Below are positions 48,195 through 57,927 of a stretch of 64,000 nucleotides of DNA, piece after piece (position 1 is the first letter of the stretch; every line of letters starts with the position of its first letter). Source of the stretch: Escherichia phage vB_EcoP_SU7; the sequence record NC_070980.1. One strand, given 5' to 3'. Position numbers and translations under genes: made by a program. The notes beneath the pieces were generated by a model. The model was not told where the DNA came from. It ran no database searches and worked only from the letters and a program-made list of their open reading frames with translations.

Positions 48195-48401
48195 CTAGTA
48201 ATAAACCTTGCTGGATATGAATCCAGCACTGTTATGGATATTTTCAATCCAACGATGAATCTCCACCTTTTCAGCGAGACCTAAAGCTTTTGTAGCTTTC
48301 TTAGCAAGACGAGCTTCTTGTCGAGTGTCGAATAATTTAAGACAATCACCACCAAGGTCTTTGTTAGCCCATTTAACGCGAACTGCCCATAATTTAGCCA
48401 T
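48195..48401 (-). CDS. Hypothetical small protein (paralogue)
   Basis: W.VRVKW...TRQEAR..KK pattern shared with 48401-48613. Confidence 0.35.
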   Translation of the reverse strand: MAKLWAVRVKWANKDLGGDCLKLFDTRQEARLAKKATKALGLAEKVEIHRWIENIHNSAGFISSKVYY

Positions 48402-48613
48402 TAGTAATGTACCTTTCCGCTGATATAGAAACGACCTGATTTAAAGTCTTGAGCTTTGTGGATAGTGATCTTATTAATTGTGCTTTCACAACTTAACAAG
48501 AACTTCTTATGAGCGCGAGCTTCTTGACGGGTGTTTCTAATACCCATCGACTCTGCACCACTACTCCAGCGAATACGAACTACCCAACGTCTTTTCATTG
48601 TTCCAAACTCCAT
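48401..48613 (-). CDS. Hypothetical small protein (paralogue)
   Basis: Tandem paralogue of the downstream ORF. Confidence 0.35.
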   Translation of the reverse strand: MEFGTMKRRWVVRIRWSSGAESMGIRNTRQEARAHKKFLLSCESTINKITIHKAQDFKSGRFYISGKVHY

Positions 48614-48616
48614 CAG

Positions 48617-49150
48617 TTATACGCCTTTAGAAGCAACTACACCATTACTACCGTTATAACGACCCTTCACTGCATAGGAATCATCACCAGCGTGAGAGTG
48701 TTCAAACATAACCATTTGACCAACACGCATCCCAGCACGAACTCGTAAGCTGTGATTGTGGGTAACGTTATGGAACTCAAAGGTTAGCTTACTGCTATTA
48801 AACCCTGCATCAGCCCAACCAGCATGTAAGTGGTTCAAACCACAACGAGCCATAGAGGAGCGAAGTACAAACAGACTTGAGATGTTATCTGGAAGGTTAA
48901 ACTCTTCCATTGAGTGAGCTAAGAAGAACTGTCCCGGAGTGATGACAATGCCATCTTCAGGGATTTTCACTTCTTTCCACTTGAGGTTTTCTTTAGCATC
49001 AATGTCAACAATACCATCAGCCTGTTCTTCAACAAGGATAGTATCACCAATACGGATATCCACGCTAGCAGCGTTAACATATTTATGCTCCGCATCTAAA
49101 AAGCCATTATCAATAACGCTGTGTAATTCTTGAGAACCTAAAAGACTCAT
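48617..49150 (-). CDS. dcd: dCTP deaminase (dUTPase fold)
   Basis: 177 aa; N-terminal ...DNGFLDAEHKYVNAASVDIRIGD... typical of dCTP deaminase/dUTPase-fold enzymes. Confidence 0.7.
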   Translation of the reverse strand: MSLLGSQELHSVIDNGFLDAEHKYVNAASVDIRIGDTILVEEQADGIVDIDAKENLKWKEVKIPEDGIVITPGQFFLAHSMEEFNLPDNISSLFVLRSSMARCGLNHLHAGWADAGFNSSKLTFEFHNVTHNHSLRVRAGMRVGQMVMFEHSHAGDDSYAVKGRYNGSNGVVASKGV

Positions 49151-50634
49151 GAGTTTCTGTTTCCTTGTACAGATGATGCCAAATTATTAATCATATTACG
49201 AGCTGTTTCACGAGATAGTGTAACACCTGCTAGGTTGTTGTGAAGCTCACCAGATAGCTCACGAGCTGCTGCTCGTAGTTCTGCACCAAGTGCAGTGTCA
49301 GAGTGAGCTAGACCATTACGACGACCAACAGGTCGAGGAGCTTCGTTAGCGTCATTAGCTAATGATGCAAAACCAATATGAGCAGCTTCACGAGCCGCTA
49401 TAGCTGATACTCGATCTTCTGTAGGGGTTGGCAAATCACCAACTTCTACACGTTCAATATCACTAGCACGTAGACCCTGAACAACAGAGCTTACTGTTTC
49501 CCATGAACGACGAGAACGCTGCAAATCATCCATTGACGGAGATGGAATAGGACGAGCAGTTCCTCCTTGGACATGCCATGTACGAGTATCCATTCCAGAA
49601 GAGTGTGCACTACCAAAACTACCAGTGAAAGTATCACGAGGTCTTTCATGAGGTTGTACGTTATACCCTACAACACCCCCTCGAACAGTTCGAGAAGTTT
49701 CTTCATTAAAAGCTTGAAGATCTCGTCTGTTAGTTCCCGGAGTCCAAGGTCGTGTAATTGCTTCAGCACCTATAGTGGTTAATCCACTAGACCATTCTGT
49801 CTGTAGGTTAACTTCCTCGTCCAGATAACTACGACCCCTTTCCTGAGGAATGTTTAATGTAGTTTCCATCATCTTCAGGGTATAATGACGACGCTGATTC
49901 TGATATAAATTTACACCAGCCATAGGCCCAACTAAATCACTGATCAGATGAACTTCTGGTTCACCAAAAGCTCCCATTGCAAGGTGCATGTACTCAGTAG
50001 AACTGCTGTAAACTGCAACTGTTGCTTCAGGCCACTTTTTGTGGACATACTTCATGTCACGACTTGTCACCACAGGGATATCATTAGTATATGCCATTGC
50101 AAACATACCTTCGTTCGACACATACATATCATCGAGAGTCATAAACCCTTGACAAATCATAGGGAAGCGACCGCTCAGAGTATCCATATCCAGAGGGAGG
50201 TTAATCATCATCTGAATCTTCACTTCGTCAATCTCCACTTCCAAAATCTCTTGGAAAGTGAAAAGTGCTTCAGCGTAGGTTGTTCCACTGATAGGCTGAA
50301 CTAGTCGAGATGTAACTTGAAGCCCCTTACTCTCTGTCCAAGACAAGAAGTTGTCAAGGAACAGTGCAGCATTACTTACGTTAGCAGGGCTGTTTTCCTG
50401 ACGAGTGTTCCAACGGAATCCTCCTTGAACTAGGAAGATATCAACATCATTCGGAGTTCGATTTTGGAAGAACGTATCACGGATAGCACCACCTGCAATG
50501 ACAGGATAGATACCATCAGGGACTACGTTATCTCTGATCAGATTGCGAATCAGATCAAGCCCTACGCTGAGGGCTTCTCCTTCTTGAAGGTTTAATTCAG
50601 ACAATGGAATCTTAATCATTTCTACATTTTCCAA
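49147..50634 (-). CDS. Putative Pol-beta superfamily nucleotidyltransferase
   Basis: IAGGAIRD...(13 aa)...DVDIFL fits the hG[GS]...DxD minimal nucleotidyltransferase pattern (CCA-adding-like head); C-terminal about 150 aa low-complexity Ser/Arg/Ala-rich. Confidence 0.4.
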   Translation of the reverse strand: MENVEMIKIPLSELNLQEGEALSVGLDLIRNLIRDNVVPDGIYPVIAGGAIRDTFFQNRTPNDVDIFLVQGGFRWNTRQENSPANVSNAALFLDNFLSWTESKGLQVTSRLVQPISGTTYAEALFTFQEILEVEIDEVKIQMMINLPLDMDTLSGRFPMICQGFMTLDDMYVSNEGMFAMAYTNDIPVVTSRDMKYVHKKWPEATVAVYSSSTEYMHLAMGAFGEPEVHLISDLVGPMAGVNLYQNQRRHYTLKMMETTLNIPQERGRSYLDEEVNLQTEWSSGLTTIGAEAITRPWTPGTNRRDLQAFNEETSRTVRGGVVGYNVQPHERPRDTFTGSFGSAHSSGMDTRTWHVQGGTARPIPSPSMDDLQRSRRSWETVSSVVQGLRASDIERVEVGDLPTPTEDRVSAIAAREAAHIGFASLANDANEAPRPVGRRNGLAHSDTALGAELRAAARELSGELHNNLAGVTLSRETARNMINNLASSVQGNRNS

Positions 50635-51170
50635 TTTAGAGATGGGGGATTCTTATAATCAAATCCAGCCATTTGACAAAGACACATGTAAACTTTAACT
50701 GTCAAGTTAACGTCTTGCTCACAATAGGTGAACATGTCTTCAGTGAATGCGTCCCATGCCTCCTCCTGTTCTCCATAATCTCCTTTCAGCTCCCCAAGAA
50801 ACTCGCCCCATTGTTTGAGGCCGTGACCACGAGGGCCATGTCTAGGGTCGCCTTTGGGGTATTCTGGACTATCACCAATACGGTCAGGCTTGAGATATCT
50901 ACTCAGGCACAAAGTATCGAAGACGTTAAAGCGAAAAGGTATCACATGAGAATAAAACTTAAACAAAGCAGGAAGGTCAAAATCAATAATATTGTGACCT
51001 ATTACTACATCAGCTTCTTTCAGTTTGTGTAGTGCTTCTTCAATTTGGTGAGGGCGATACCCCCACCGCTCTCCAGATAATACATCAAATATCCAGATAC
51101 ACCAGACATTCTGAATACCATCATAGAGATTATCCCCCTCGATATCAAACGCATACAGTTTCTTTACCAC
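50622..51170 (-). CDS. 3'-5' exonuclease domain protein (T7 gp5 N-terminal domain-like), separate from the polymerase ORF
   Basis: Exo I FDIEGDN, Exo [16 protein letters not shown], Exo III YCEQD; ends with a stop, about 9 kb from the polymerase-domain ORF. Confidence 0.7.
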   Translation of the reverse strand: MVKKLYAFDIEGDNLYDGIQNVWCIWIFDVLSGERWGYRPHQIEEALHKLKEADVVIGHNIIDFDLPALFKFYSHVIPFRFNVFDTLCLSRYLKPDRIGDSPEYPKGDPRHGPRGHGLKQWGEFLGELKGDYGEQEEAWDAFTEDMFTYCEQDVNLTVKVYMCLCQMAGFDYKNPPSLNWKM

Positions 51171-52954
51171 GGACGTGCCTCCCCTTCTTGTGCAAGTAAG
51201 GAAGCTGCATCCTCTCCATTGGTAACGGTAAAAGGATGCTCTTCATCAACTTCATGATCTTCTCGTTCTACAAGACGACCTGTTTCATTGATGTATTTGG
51301 TATAGCAAACCCCTGTCTGTCCATAGTTACGCTCTTTGAGCAGTCGTATGATTGACAAGTTTTTACCTAACCCATCCGCTTGTTTGTTACGTTCAAAACC
51401 AATAATACACTGACACCAGCGCATCAATGAACGTGAACCAGTAAACTGTACTTCTTTAACCTGACCACCTTCTTCGTGGGGTGCACCACCTGCCGGAGCG
51501 TTCAAGTGAGATAATACAAAAGCAGTGAAGTCTAATTCCTTACACATACCAGCAAGCTCTGAAGCAATCTTGCTGATTTCTGTGTTTACCTCAGATGGGG
51601 TTAAGTGAGATACCAATGCAGTGATGTTATCAAGAATGATAAATTTACACTGATTCTCAACTACCCAAAAGCGAATACACTGCTTAATGTCTTCCCACTC
51701 GTTCTGCCCAAAGTTGTCATACAAGAAAAACTTATCAGCGTATCGAAGTGCTTCATCTCGTAGCTGGCTTTCTTCGTACTCAACATCTGGTCGGTGGAAT
51801 GGAATAGATGCAGATTTACCTGCAATGTTCTTAACAGACATGCCTACCTTCTCTTCCAAGAAGAAGCCACCACCATTAAAACCATGCTCAAGGCAAAGCC
51901 ATGCTACTAGTTCGTGTGCGATTAAGGTTTTACCTGAACCAACACCACCGCCGATTGCAACCATCTCTCCCCAACGAATACCAAAGGTCATGTCGTTAAG
52001 AGTTTTCCACGGATAAGGAATACCCCATTCCGCTTTCTTCAGAGCATCTTCGAGGCAATCAAAAACTGTAACAGCTCCAGCAGGAGATTCCCGCTTAGCT
52101 GAATATTTCAGATTGTTGAAAAGCTCTTGACCTCTCCCTGCAAGTAACATGTCGTTTGCATCTTTGATTTCCTTTTCTTGTCCGTTATAAGTGAACGTAC
52201 CTTTTGGAATCCTTGCAAACTTAACATGCGGGTACAGAGAACGACCCTTAGTTAAAGCAATCTCACCTGCATCATCATTGTCCATGCAGAGTACAATCTC
52301 CTCGAAACCATTAATAAAATCACGGTTTCTTGATAATACAGAAGAGATTGAACCTGCACCGAACGGAAGAGAGACGCAAGCAGGTTTGATGTTAGTTGCG
52401 TTTGTAAACGCGGTAAGTACGTGGAACCCAGACATACAAGAGAGAGGGTCTTCAAAGATGAAGAGTTTCTTGTTGTATACGTCACCACGTTGTGCTTGAG
52501 CCATACCAAACAAGTCGGCTTCTTTCACATTACCTACATAATAGAACTTCTTGCTGTCTAGAAGTTTTACTTCATATCCAACAATGTTCCCATCACGTTC
52601 ACGAGGGAAGAAGTAGCTGTCAGGAGTTTGACCATCTGTTTGGCTTAAACCGATACGGCATCCATAACGTTCAGATACAGCTTTAGGAATTAAGCGACGA
52701 GTCAACTCTCCCTGAGGAAGCTCTAAGCAATCGTCTAAGACTTCTCGGAGTTCTTCAGGGGACAGCTCTTTCTTTTCATTAGGAGTGGGCGTCGTTCCTT
52801 TCTCGAAGATTTCATACGCACCACATCTGTTACATGAACCCCACTCCTCACCGGACTCTTCATTTCGGAAGAGAATCATGTGATTGCGGGTCTTATCACG
52901 ACCATGAGAGATACACTCTTTACAGCCCGTGTCTCCCAAAATGATCTTTGACAT
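51164..52954 (-). CDS. Primase-helicase (T7 gp4-like)
   Basis: N-terminal Zn-binding CKEC...CNRCG, helicase Walker [10 protein letters not shown]; 596 aa. Confidence 0.85.
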   Translation of the reverse strand: MSKIILGDTGCKECISHGRDKTRNHMILFRNEESGEEWGSCNRCGAYEIFEKGTTPTPNEKKELSPEELREVLDDCLELPQGELTRRLIPKAVSERYGCRIGLSQTDGQTPDSYFFPRERDGNIVGYEVKLLDSKKFYYVGNVKEADLFGMAQAQRGDVYNKKLFIFEDPLSCMSGFHVLTAFTNATNIKPACVSLPFGAGSISSVLSRNRDFINGFEEIVLCMDNDDAGEIALTKGRSLYPHVKFARIPKGTFTYNGQEKEIKDANDMLLAGRGQELFNNLKYSAKRESPAGAVTVFDCLEDALKKAEWGIPYPWKTLNDMTFGIRWGEMVAIGGGVGSGKTLIAHELVAWLCLEHGFNGGGFFLEEKVGMSVKNIAGKSASIPFHRPDVEYEESQLRDEALRYADKFFLYDNFGQNEWEDIKQCIRFWVVENQCKFIILDNITALVSHLTPSEVNTEISKIASELAGMCKELDFTAFVLSHLNAPAGGAPHEEGGQVKEVQFTGSRSLMRWCQCIIGFERNKQADGLGKNLSIIRLLKERNYGQTGVCYTKYINETGRLVEREDHEVDEEHPFTVTNGEDAASLLAQEGEARPW

Positions 52955-52989
52955 GCTCTATCCTCCTTGGAATTCCTTGAGCAATCTTC

Positions 52990-53195
52990 TTAGTAAAACG
53001 ATCGTATTTCTTCCCACACATCATCTTGCAAGTTTCTAAAACCCTGCAAGGTTTGCTTTGTTCTGTGAATAAATTCTTCAGAGTGCTTATCAGGTGTGAG
53101 CATACTGACAAACTTTTCATAGCGATTAATCTTCCACCGCATCTTTAAGTAGTCAGATTCAAGCTTTCTTAACTTCTGCCTGTCAGTTACTGTCA
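52990..53195 (-). CDS. Hypothetical small protein
   Basis: Track ORF trimmed to internal Met after the upstream gene's stop. Confidence 0.3.
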
Positions 53196-53614
53196 TCCTT
53201 CTCACCTGCCAGATATGCTGTCCAGTCACCCGATTCAACCAGAACATCTTGTTCTTCGTCGATGTGATAAATCCACGCTTCCACAGTTTCACCGCTGTCC
53301 AATAATACTGGAATCAGCGTACGCTTGTAAAAGGTGTATGGGTTATCATTACCACGATGACCTTCCAGACCGTCATACGGACCTTCCAGACCAGCTTGGG
53401 TTGTTTCAAAGACTTCTACACGAACAGGCTTACCATTGCTGTCATGCTCCAAAGATACACTTGGGAAGTATGCTGTGCAATATTGATACAGGTTACAGTT
53501 GTTTACTGTCCACCCTTCACCAATAGACACACCACCGGCACGAGCATTGATAGCGTGGTTGTGTTGACCTTTTCTCAAGCTTCCGTAAGTTGCAACTAGT
53601 ACTTTATCAGACAT
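53183..53614 (-). CDS. Gamma-glutamyl cyclotransferase-like (AIG2/GGCT fold) protein
   Basis: N-terminal VATYGSLRKGQHNH (YGSL motif) and 143-aa size. Confidence 0.55.
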   Translation of the reverse strand: MSDKVLVATYGSLRKGQHNHAINARAGGVSIGEGWTVNNCNLYQYCTAYFPSVSLEHDSNGKPVRVEVFETTQAGLEGPYDGLEGHRGNDNPYTFYKRTLIPVLLDSGETVEAWIYHIDEEQDVLVESGDWTAYLAGEKDDSN

Positions 53615-53680
53615 TATATTACCTTTTAGTGTTTCAGTTAAATTCGAACTAGCCTCCTCTTTCGAAGAGGCTAAAGCAAA

Positions 53681-53866
53681 TTATTCTACTTCGAAGTGTT
53701 TGATCACACCAGTCAGTACATCAGATTGGAATGTACCCACTAGCTCTGTACCTCGGAAGAAGTTGACATTTGTTCCAAGTGATTCAAAGCGATCTGCTTG
53801 AATGTCCAGAGATTGAATATTTCCTTCTGCTGACATTGTACGAAACATGATTGTGTATTTATTCAC
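53681..53866 (-). CDS. Hypothetical small protein
   Basis: 61-aa ORF inside the modification-enzyme cluster. Confidence 0.3.
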   Translation of the reverse strand: MNKYTIMFRTMSAEGNIQSLDIQADRFESLGTNVNFFRGTELVGTFQSDVLTGVIKHFEVE

Positions 53867-54105
53867 AGACTTGTTACTCCCTTATCTGCTTGTGCAATTG
53901 CGATGATACGCTCAGCACATTCCATTGAATATTTATCACCTCGTTTGAGGAAGGTGATGATTGCAGAGAACTGATTACCAATCATTCTCTTATTTGTGAT
54001 ACCGAACTCTTCACAGAGTTGGTTGATAGCTTTACGAGAGCCTACAATAAGAGGCTCTTTTTCTTCGGTCATTCCACGGCTGATCAAATCTTCGATAGAC
54101 AACAT
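53863..54105 (-). CDS. Hypothetical small protein
   Basis: 80-aa ORF coupled to neighbours. Confidence 0.3.
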   Translation of the reverse strand: MLSIEDLISRGMTEEKEPLIVGSRKAINQLCEEFGITNKRMIGNQFSAIITFLKRGDKYSMECAERIIAIAQADKGVTSL

Positions 54106-54131
54106 TACAAATTCCTTTTTGTTTAATTTAA

Positions 54132-55367
54132 TTACAGAGTTACTGCTACTTCGCTACCTTCAACATTGACAGACTCTAACTTGCGAGGGTTATGAATCTG
54201 GACTGGATTGACCGGAACGTTCCAACCACTGCGGTAGAAGTTACGACCATCACAGAACAGGATGACATTGGCAGACATTGCATTCGGTTGCAGGTTGTTG
54301 TGGACATGACGGATATTTGCAATCCAGTAGCCACGAGACAAAGTGTAGCCAGTAGGTGCATTACGAATAGTTTGAGTATTCATCTGACCTTCCAGTTGCA
54401 TTTCTTCAGGAACCACATCAACTGAATCAATCGGCTGTGCTACTTGTCCTTCCAGTGCAAAGTTTTCATCATCAGCACTTTCACTGTCAGCAACCAATTC
54501 ACCGTCCCCGTCTTCAATCGGAGTCTGGTAAACCACTTTATACTGAGGGGTATAGAGAGGGTTCTGAGCTTTAACAAACTCAAGAATGTTGTGACGATAA
54601 GTATCCAGAGTCGTACCAGTCAGTCCCGGTGCTGTGTTAACTTCCAGTACCCATGCTTCTTGACCTTTGGTGATAATATCAACTGCACCGAAATCCAGAC
54701 CCATTGATTCAACAGCTTTCACCGCATTGATCAGAGAGGCATCATTCGGAGCATCTGTGAAGGAGCTTGAGTAAACCCAGCCAGTGTGGTGATTACGAAT
54801 ATCTTCACGATAGTTAGGGTCTTCGCGATAACCATTGCGACGAATCTTCTTCTGAACATAGGTGATTACACCTTTGAACACATGGACACGCCATTCACGA
54901 CGTGGGCCTTGAATACCTTTAGTGTACAGCTCAGCCTGATCAACTGTAGTGTTAGGCTCTACAACAACAATACCTGAACCAGAGTGACCAGTCAGCTCGT
55001 GACGCTCATACACAATGTTGCCAGCGTTTGACCACTCCTGAGCAGTCTCTTGAACATCTGTGTATTCCACAGTTTTAACACCTGCTTGGTCCATCACACT
55101 GAAAGCACGACGTTTGTTCGCTGCCATATGTAAGGCTGCGGTACGGTTAAGGACGGTTGCAGAACCAAAGAATGATTCAGGATAGCGACGGTTCCCGTAG
55201 TTAACAACCACATCATCTTCACGAGAACGCCAGCGGCTATTCTCTGAAAGAAGCCCCATCACGTTAGCATTGATGCGTTCATCACGGATAGTATCACTGA
55301 TAGCAGATACCAGAGCGTTAACAGAATCAGACGGGCCATACGGAAGAACACGGATACGAGTAGTCAT
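54132..55367 (-). CDS. ATP-grasp ligase (RimK/glutathione-synthetase-like)
   Basis: ATP-grasp pattern: ...HSGSGIVVV..., ...WRVHVF..., ...EAWVLEVNTAPGL... Confidence 0.6.
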   Translation of the reverse strand: MTTRIRVLPYGPSDSVNALVSAISDTIRDERINANVMGLLSENSRWRSREDDVVVNYGNRRYPESFFGSATVLNRTAALHMAANKRRAFSVMDQAGVKTVEYTDVQETAQEWSNAGNIVYERHELTGHSGSGIVVVEPNTTVDQAELYTKGIQGPRREWRVHVFKGVITYVQKKIRRNGYREDPNYREDIRNHHTGWVYSSSFTDAPNDASLINAVKAVESMGLDFGAVDIITKGQEAWVLEVNTAPGLTGTTLDTYRHNILEFVKAQNPLYTPQYKVVYQTPIEDGDGELVADSESADDENFALEGQVAQPIDSVDVVPEEMQLEGQMNTQTIRNAPTGYTLSRGYWIANIRHVHNNLQPNAMSANVILFCDGRNFYRSGWNVPVNPVQIHNPRKLESVNVEGSEVAVTL

Positions 55368-55369
55368 TT

Positions 55370-55600
55370 TTAGATACCTTTTAGTTTAAGAATTTCGTTA
55401 CGACAGGATTGAATTTTAGCTTCGATTGCCCAATACTCAGCGAACATTTCGTCTTCTTGGGCATCGCTTGGAGAGTCGATTAAGTTAAAAGCAAACGGAT
55501 ACAGCTTTCGCTGCTCCGTTACCAGTTGTTGAAGTCGGAGTTGTTGATACTCCAGCATTGTCAGGTGAGGCTTAGCTCCCTTGCTTGACATGAGGCTCAA
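55370..55600 (-). CDS. Hypothetical small protein
   Basis: 76-aa ORF. Confidence 0.3.
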   Translation of the reverse strand: MSLMSSKGAKPHLTMLEYQQLRLQQLVTEQRKLYPFAFNLIDSPSDAQEDEMFAEYWAIEAKIQSCRNEILKLKGI

Positions 55601-55805
55601 CTTTAATCCCCTTCATTTTAACATAGTCAGCCAACACGTTGTTGATAACGGTTGGAAAAGGGATTTCTACTGGAGAATCAACCAGCTTCCCAATACCTTC
55701 TTGCATCCACTTCTGAATTGCTCGGAGGTTATCACATCCTGTGCTTGTCATCGGAATACGGCGGGTAGTTACCACGTTATCCAACATCAGTTTACGAACT
55801 TCCAT
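55572..55805 (-). CDS. Hypothetical small protein
   Basis: 77-aa ORF. Confidence 0.3.
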   Translation of the reverse strand: MEVRKLMLDNVVTTRRIPMTSTGCDNLRAIQKWMQEGIGKLVDSPVEIPFPTVINNVLADYVKMKGIKVEPHVKQGS

Positions 55806-55816
55806 AACTATACCTC

Positions 55817-57850
55817 TTAGTGTTTACCTTTACAGTAATCTGAATTACAGATCACCCTGTTTTCTTTGTTCAGTGAGCAAGTTTCTGCATCACGCCACGG
55901 AATTTGTTTATAACAGACTGCACAAAACCCAATTGAAGTCCAGAGGGCTTTTGTGAACTCGGCTGTTCGTTGTCCATCATAGCTGACAACTGTTTTTCGG
56001 AGAGAGGTTGACTTTTTTGGAAATGTCTCCGCTTTCTCAGCGGGTACCTCCTTTGGGGAATTCTTTGGACCATAAACAGAGATGGCATAAGTATCACCAC
56101 CACGTTTTTCCAAATACGAATTAGGAACATCTGCAAGTGTAATATCCCCTGAACGTTTTGCTGAGCTAACCATTACGATCATACGGCTAAGCATACGTTC
56201 ATCAACACGAACAGCTACTTCAGGACGACGTGGGTTGGTTGTGTCTACTGCTTTAGTCCAAATATAACCCTCAGATAGAGTAACATTCTTTACTTTATCT
56301 TTGATTTCTTTGGAGCAGATATAACAAACATCTTCACCACGAAGTTTACTCATTTCGTTGTCAAACTCGAAATCAGTCTTGACTTCACCACAGACAGCAC
56401 ATACGCCCAAAGGCACATCTTCTTCATCTTCAGAGATTTTAGATAACGCTTCGAAGCATTCTGGATGCCAGTATGCTTGATAAGCAAACACAGCCTTACG
56501 AGCATCTTTCCAGTCAATGTGCTTATCACAACCACCACAATCACCATGAGAGTGAGATTCCCAGAACTTACGAGTGACTTCTACACCATTTTTAGTGATG
56601 AAGGAGTCCTCTGCATCAAAAGGGATGTCATCATCAAAATCAGCAGTAGTGCTTTGAGGCTCCTTATCTGTAGCATCAACAAACAGCCCTGAAGTTAGTA
56701 CGAGGCGAATCATACTGTCCACTTCGGAGATACAAGCAATCGTCCCGCGATATACTACCTTTGGGTTTTCAAGAGCCTTAAGATATTCATCTTTGGCTAC
56801 GTTGTGAACATCCCCTTCGACATACTCTTGGGCTTTATCGTCGTAGATGTAACCAATCATCTTACCACGATCTGTGTTGTTATAAGCATGGAACTCGTGA
56901 GGAATAATATCCACACGACCATCACGACGATAAGGAAGACCACGATCGGCAGCCAGTTTGTTCTGGTCTTCAATCGCTTTACGACGACGAATGTCTCCGC
57001 TTGTCACGCCGGGCTTGTCGTCTTTGTTTCCGTAAATGTCGCTTGTGCTGCTGCTTGATTTGTTTGTCTGTTGGTTCTGATATAGAGAGGAGTTCGAGTA
57101 ATAGCCGCCCCAGCGACTCGTTATCGTAAAAACCGGAAGCTTGTGCTCCACCTCTTGAACCAGAGTCATACGACTGTTAGACACATCAAAGATATACTCA
57201 GTTCCCACTTTACATTCGAAGTGGTCATTGATACGGTTCTTGTGGGATTTAGAACGCTCTAAAATCCACATAAGCATAGCTTCTTCAGAAGCCCCAAACC
57301 AATCTAAACCACAACGGGCTAGGTGGAAAGGACGCTCATCATTACGGATAATGTGAAGCGTGTTGTCTTTAGCATCATGCCAAATCAAAGTGAATGCACC
57401 ATCCAGTTTTTGGATAGTCTCTGCTGCTCCAATGGTATTAATTGAGTGGCAGATGTTTTCACTATCAACTTCGAAACGCTTACTGTCAGGAAGGAGATCT
57501 TGATCTAACAGGGTTCCATTATGAACCAGAGTAATATCCCCGTGAGTAAATGGGTGAGCATTTCGAGCATTGACAGCCCCACGAGTGGCATGTCGGCTGT
57601 GACCAACAATCCACGAAGGAGGAACTACGTAGTTCGTAAGCCCTTTGGTAATATTTGTATATTCTGTCTGGAGCATAAAAGCATAAGAAGGAAGAGCTTC
57701 TTTATAAGAGAAGACTTGCTTTTCACCTTTACGCTGACCAAACACACCAGTTGAGTGCTGTCCACGGAAAACACCAGCATACAGAAGTTGGTTGAAAATA
57801 TCCAAATCTGTTGAGGTCATGTTGCCGCCAGCTAATACGATACCACAAAT
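55817..57850 (-). CDS. Class II (Ntn-type) glutamine amidotransferase with C-terminal Cys-rich domain; predicted AUU start
   Basis: In-frame upstream of the track ATG (57820) the sequence reads TAG AAA ATT TGT GGT ATC = stop-K-I-C-G-I-V, i.e. the conserved (M)CGIV nucleophile; the only start placing Cys at position 2 is ATT 57848-57850, with AGGTGG SD 8 nt upstream. Downstream RGQHSTGV, GHSRHATRG, NAHPF, HNG motifs. Confidence 0.6.
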   Translation of the reverse strand: MCGIVLAGGNMTSTDLDIFNQLLYAGVFRGQHSTGVFGQRKGEKQVFSYKEALPSYAFMLQTEYTNITKGLTNYVVPPSWIVGHSRHATRGAVNARNAHPFTHGDITLVHNGTLLDQDLLPDSKRFEVDSENICHSINTIGAAETIQKLDGAFTLIWHDAKDNTLHIIRNDERPFHLARCGLDWFGASEEAMLMWILERSKSHKNRINDHFECKVGTEYIFDVSNSRMTLVQEVEHKLPVFTITSRWGGYYSNSSLYQNQQTNKSSSSTSDIYGNKDDKPGVTSGDIRRRKAIEDQNKLAADRGLPYRRDGRVDIIPHEFHAYNNTDRGKMIGYIYDDKAQEYVEGDVHNVAKDEYLKALENPKVVYRGTIACISEVDSMIRLVLTSGLFVDATDKEPQSTTADFDDDIPFDAEDSFITKNGVEVTRKFWESHSHGDCGGCDKHIDWKDARKAVFAYQAYWHPECFEALSKISEDEEDVPLGVCAVCGEVKTDFEFDNEMSKLRGEDVCYICSKEIKDKVKNVTLSEGYIWTKAVDTTNPRRPEVAVRVDERMLSRMIVMVSSAKRSGDITLADVPNSYLEKRGGDTYAISVYGPKNSPKEVPAEKAETFPKKSTSLRKTVVSYDGQRTAEFTKALWTSIGFCAVCYKQIPWRDAETCSLNKENRVICNSDYCKGKH

Positions 57851-57927
57851 TTTCTAATCCACCTGAAGGGTAAACCCTTTCATCTAATTAACCTTTAAAT
57901 GCGCCCTTTATCAGAGCGCCCATTGTG

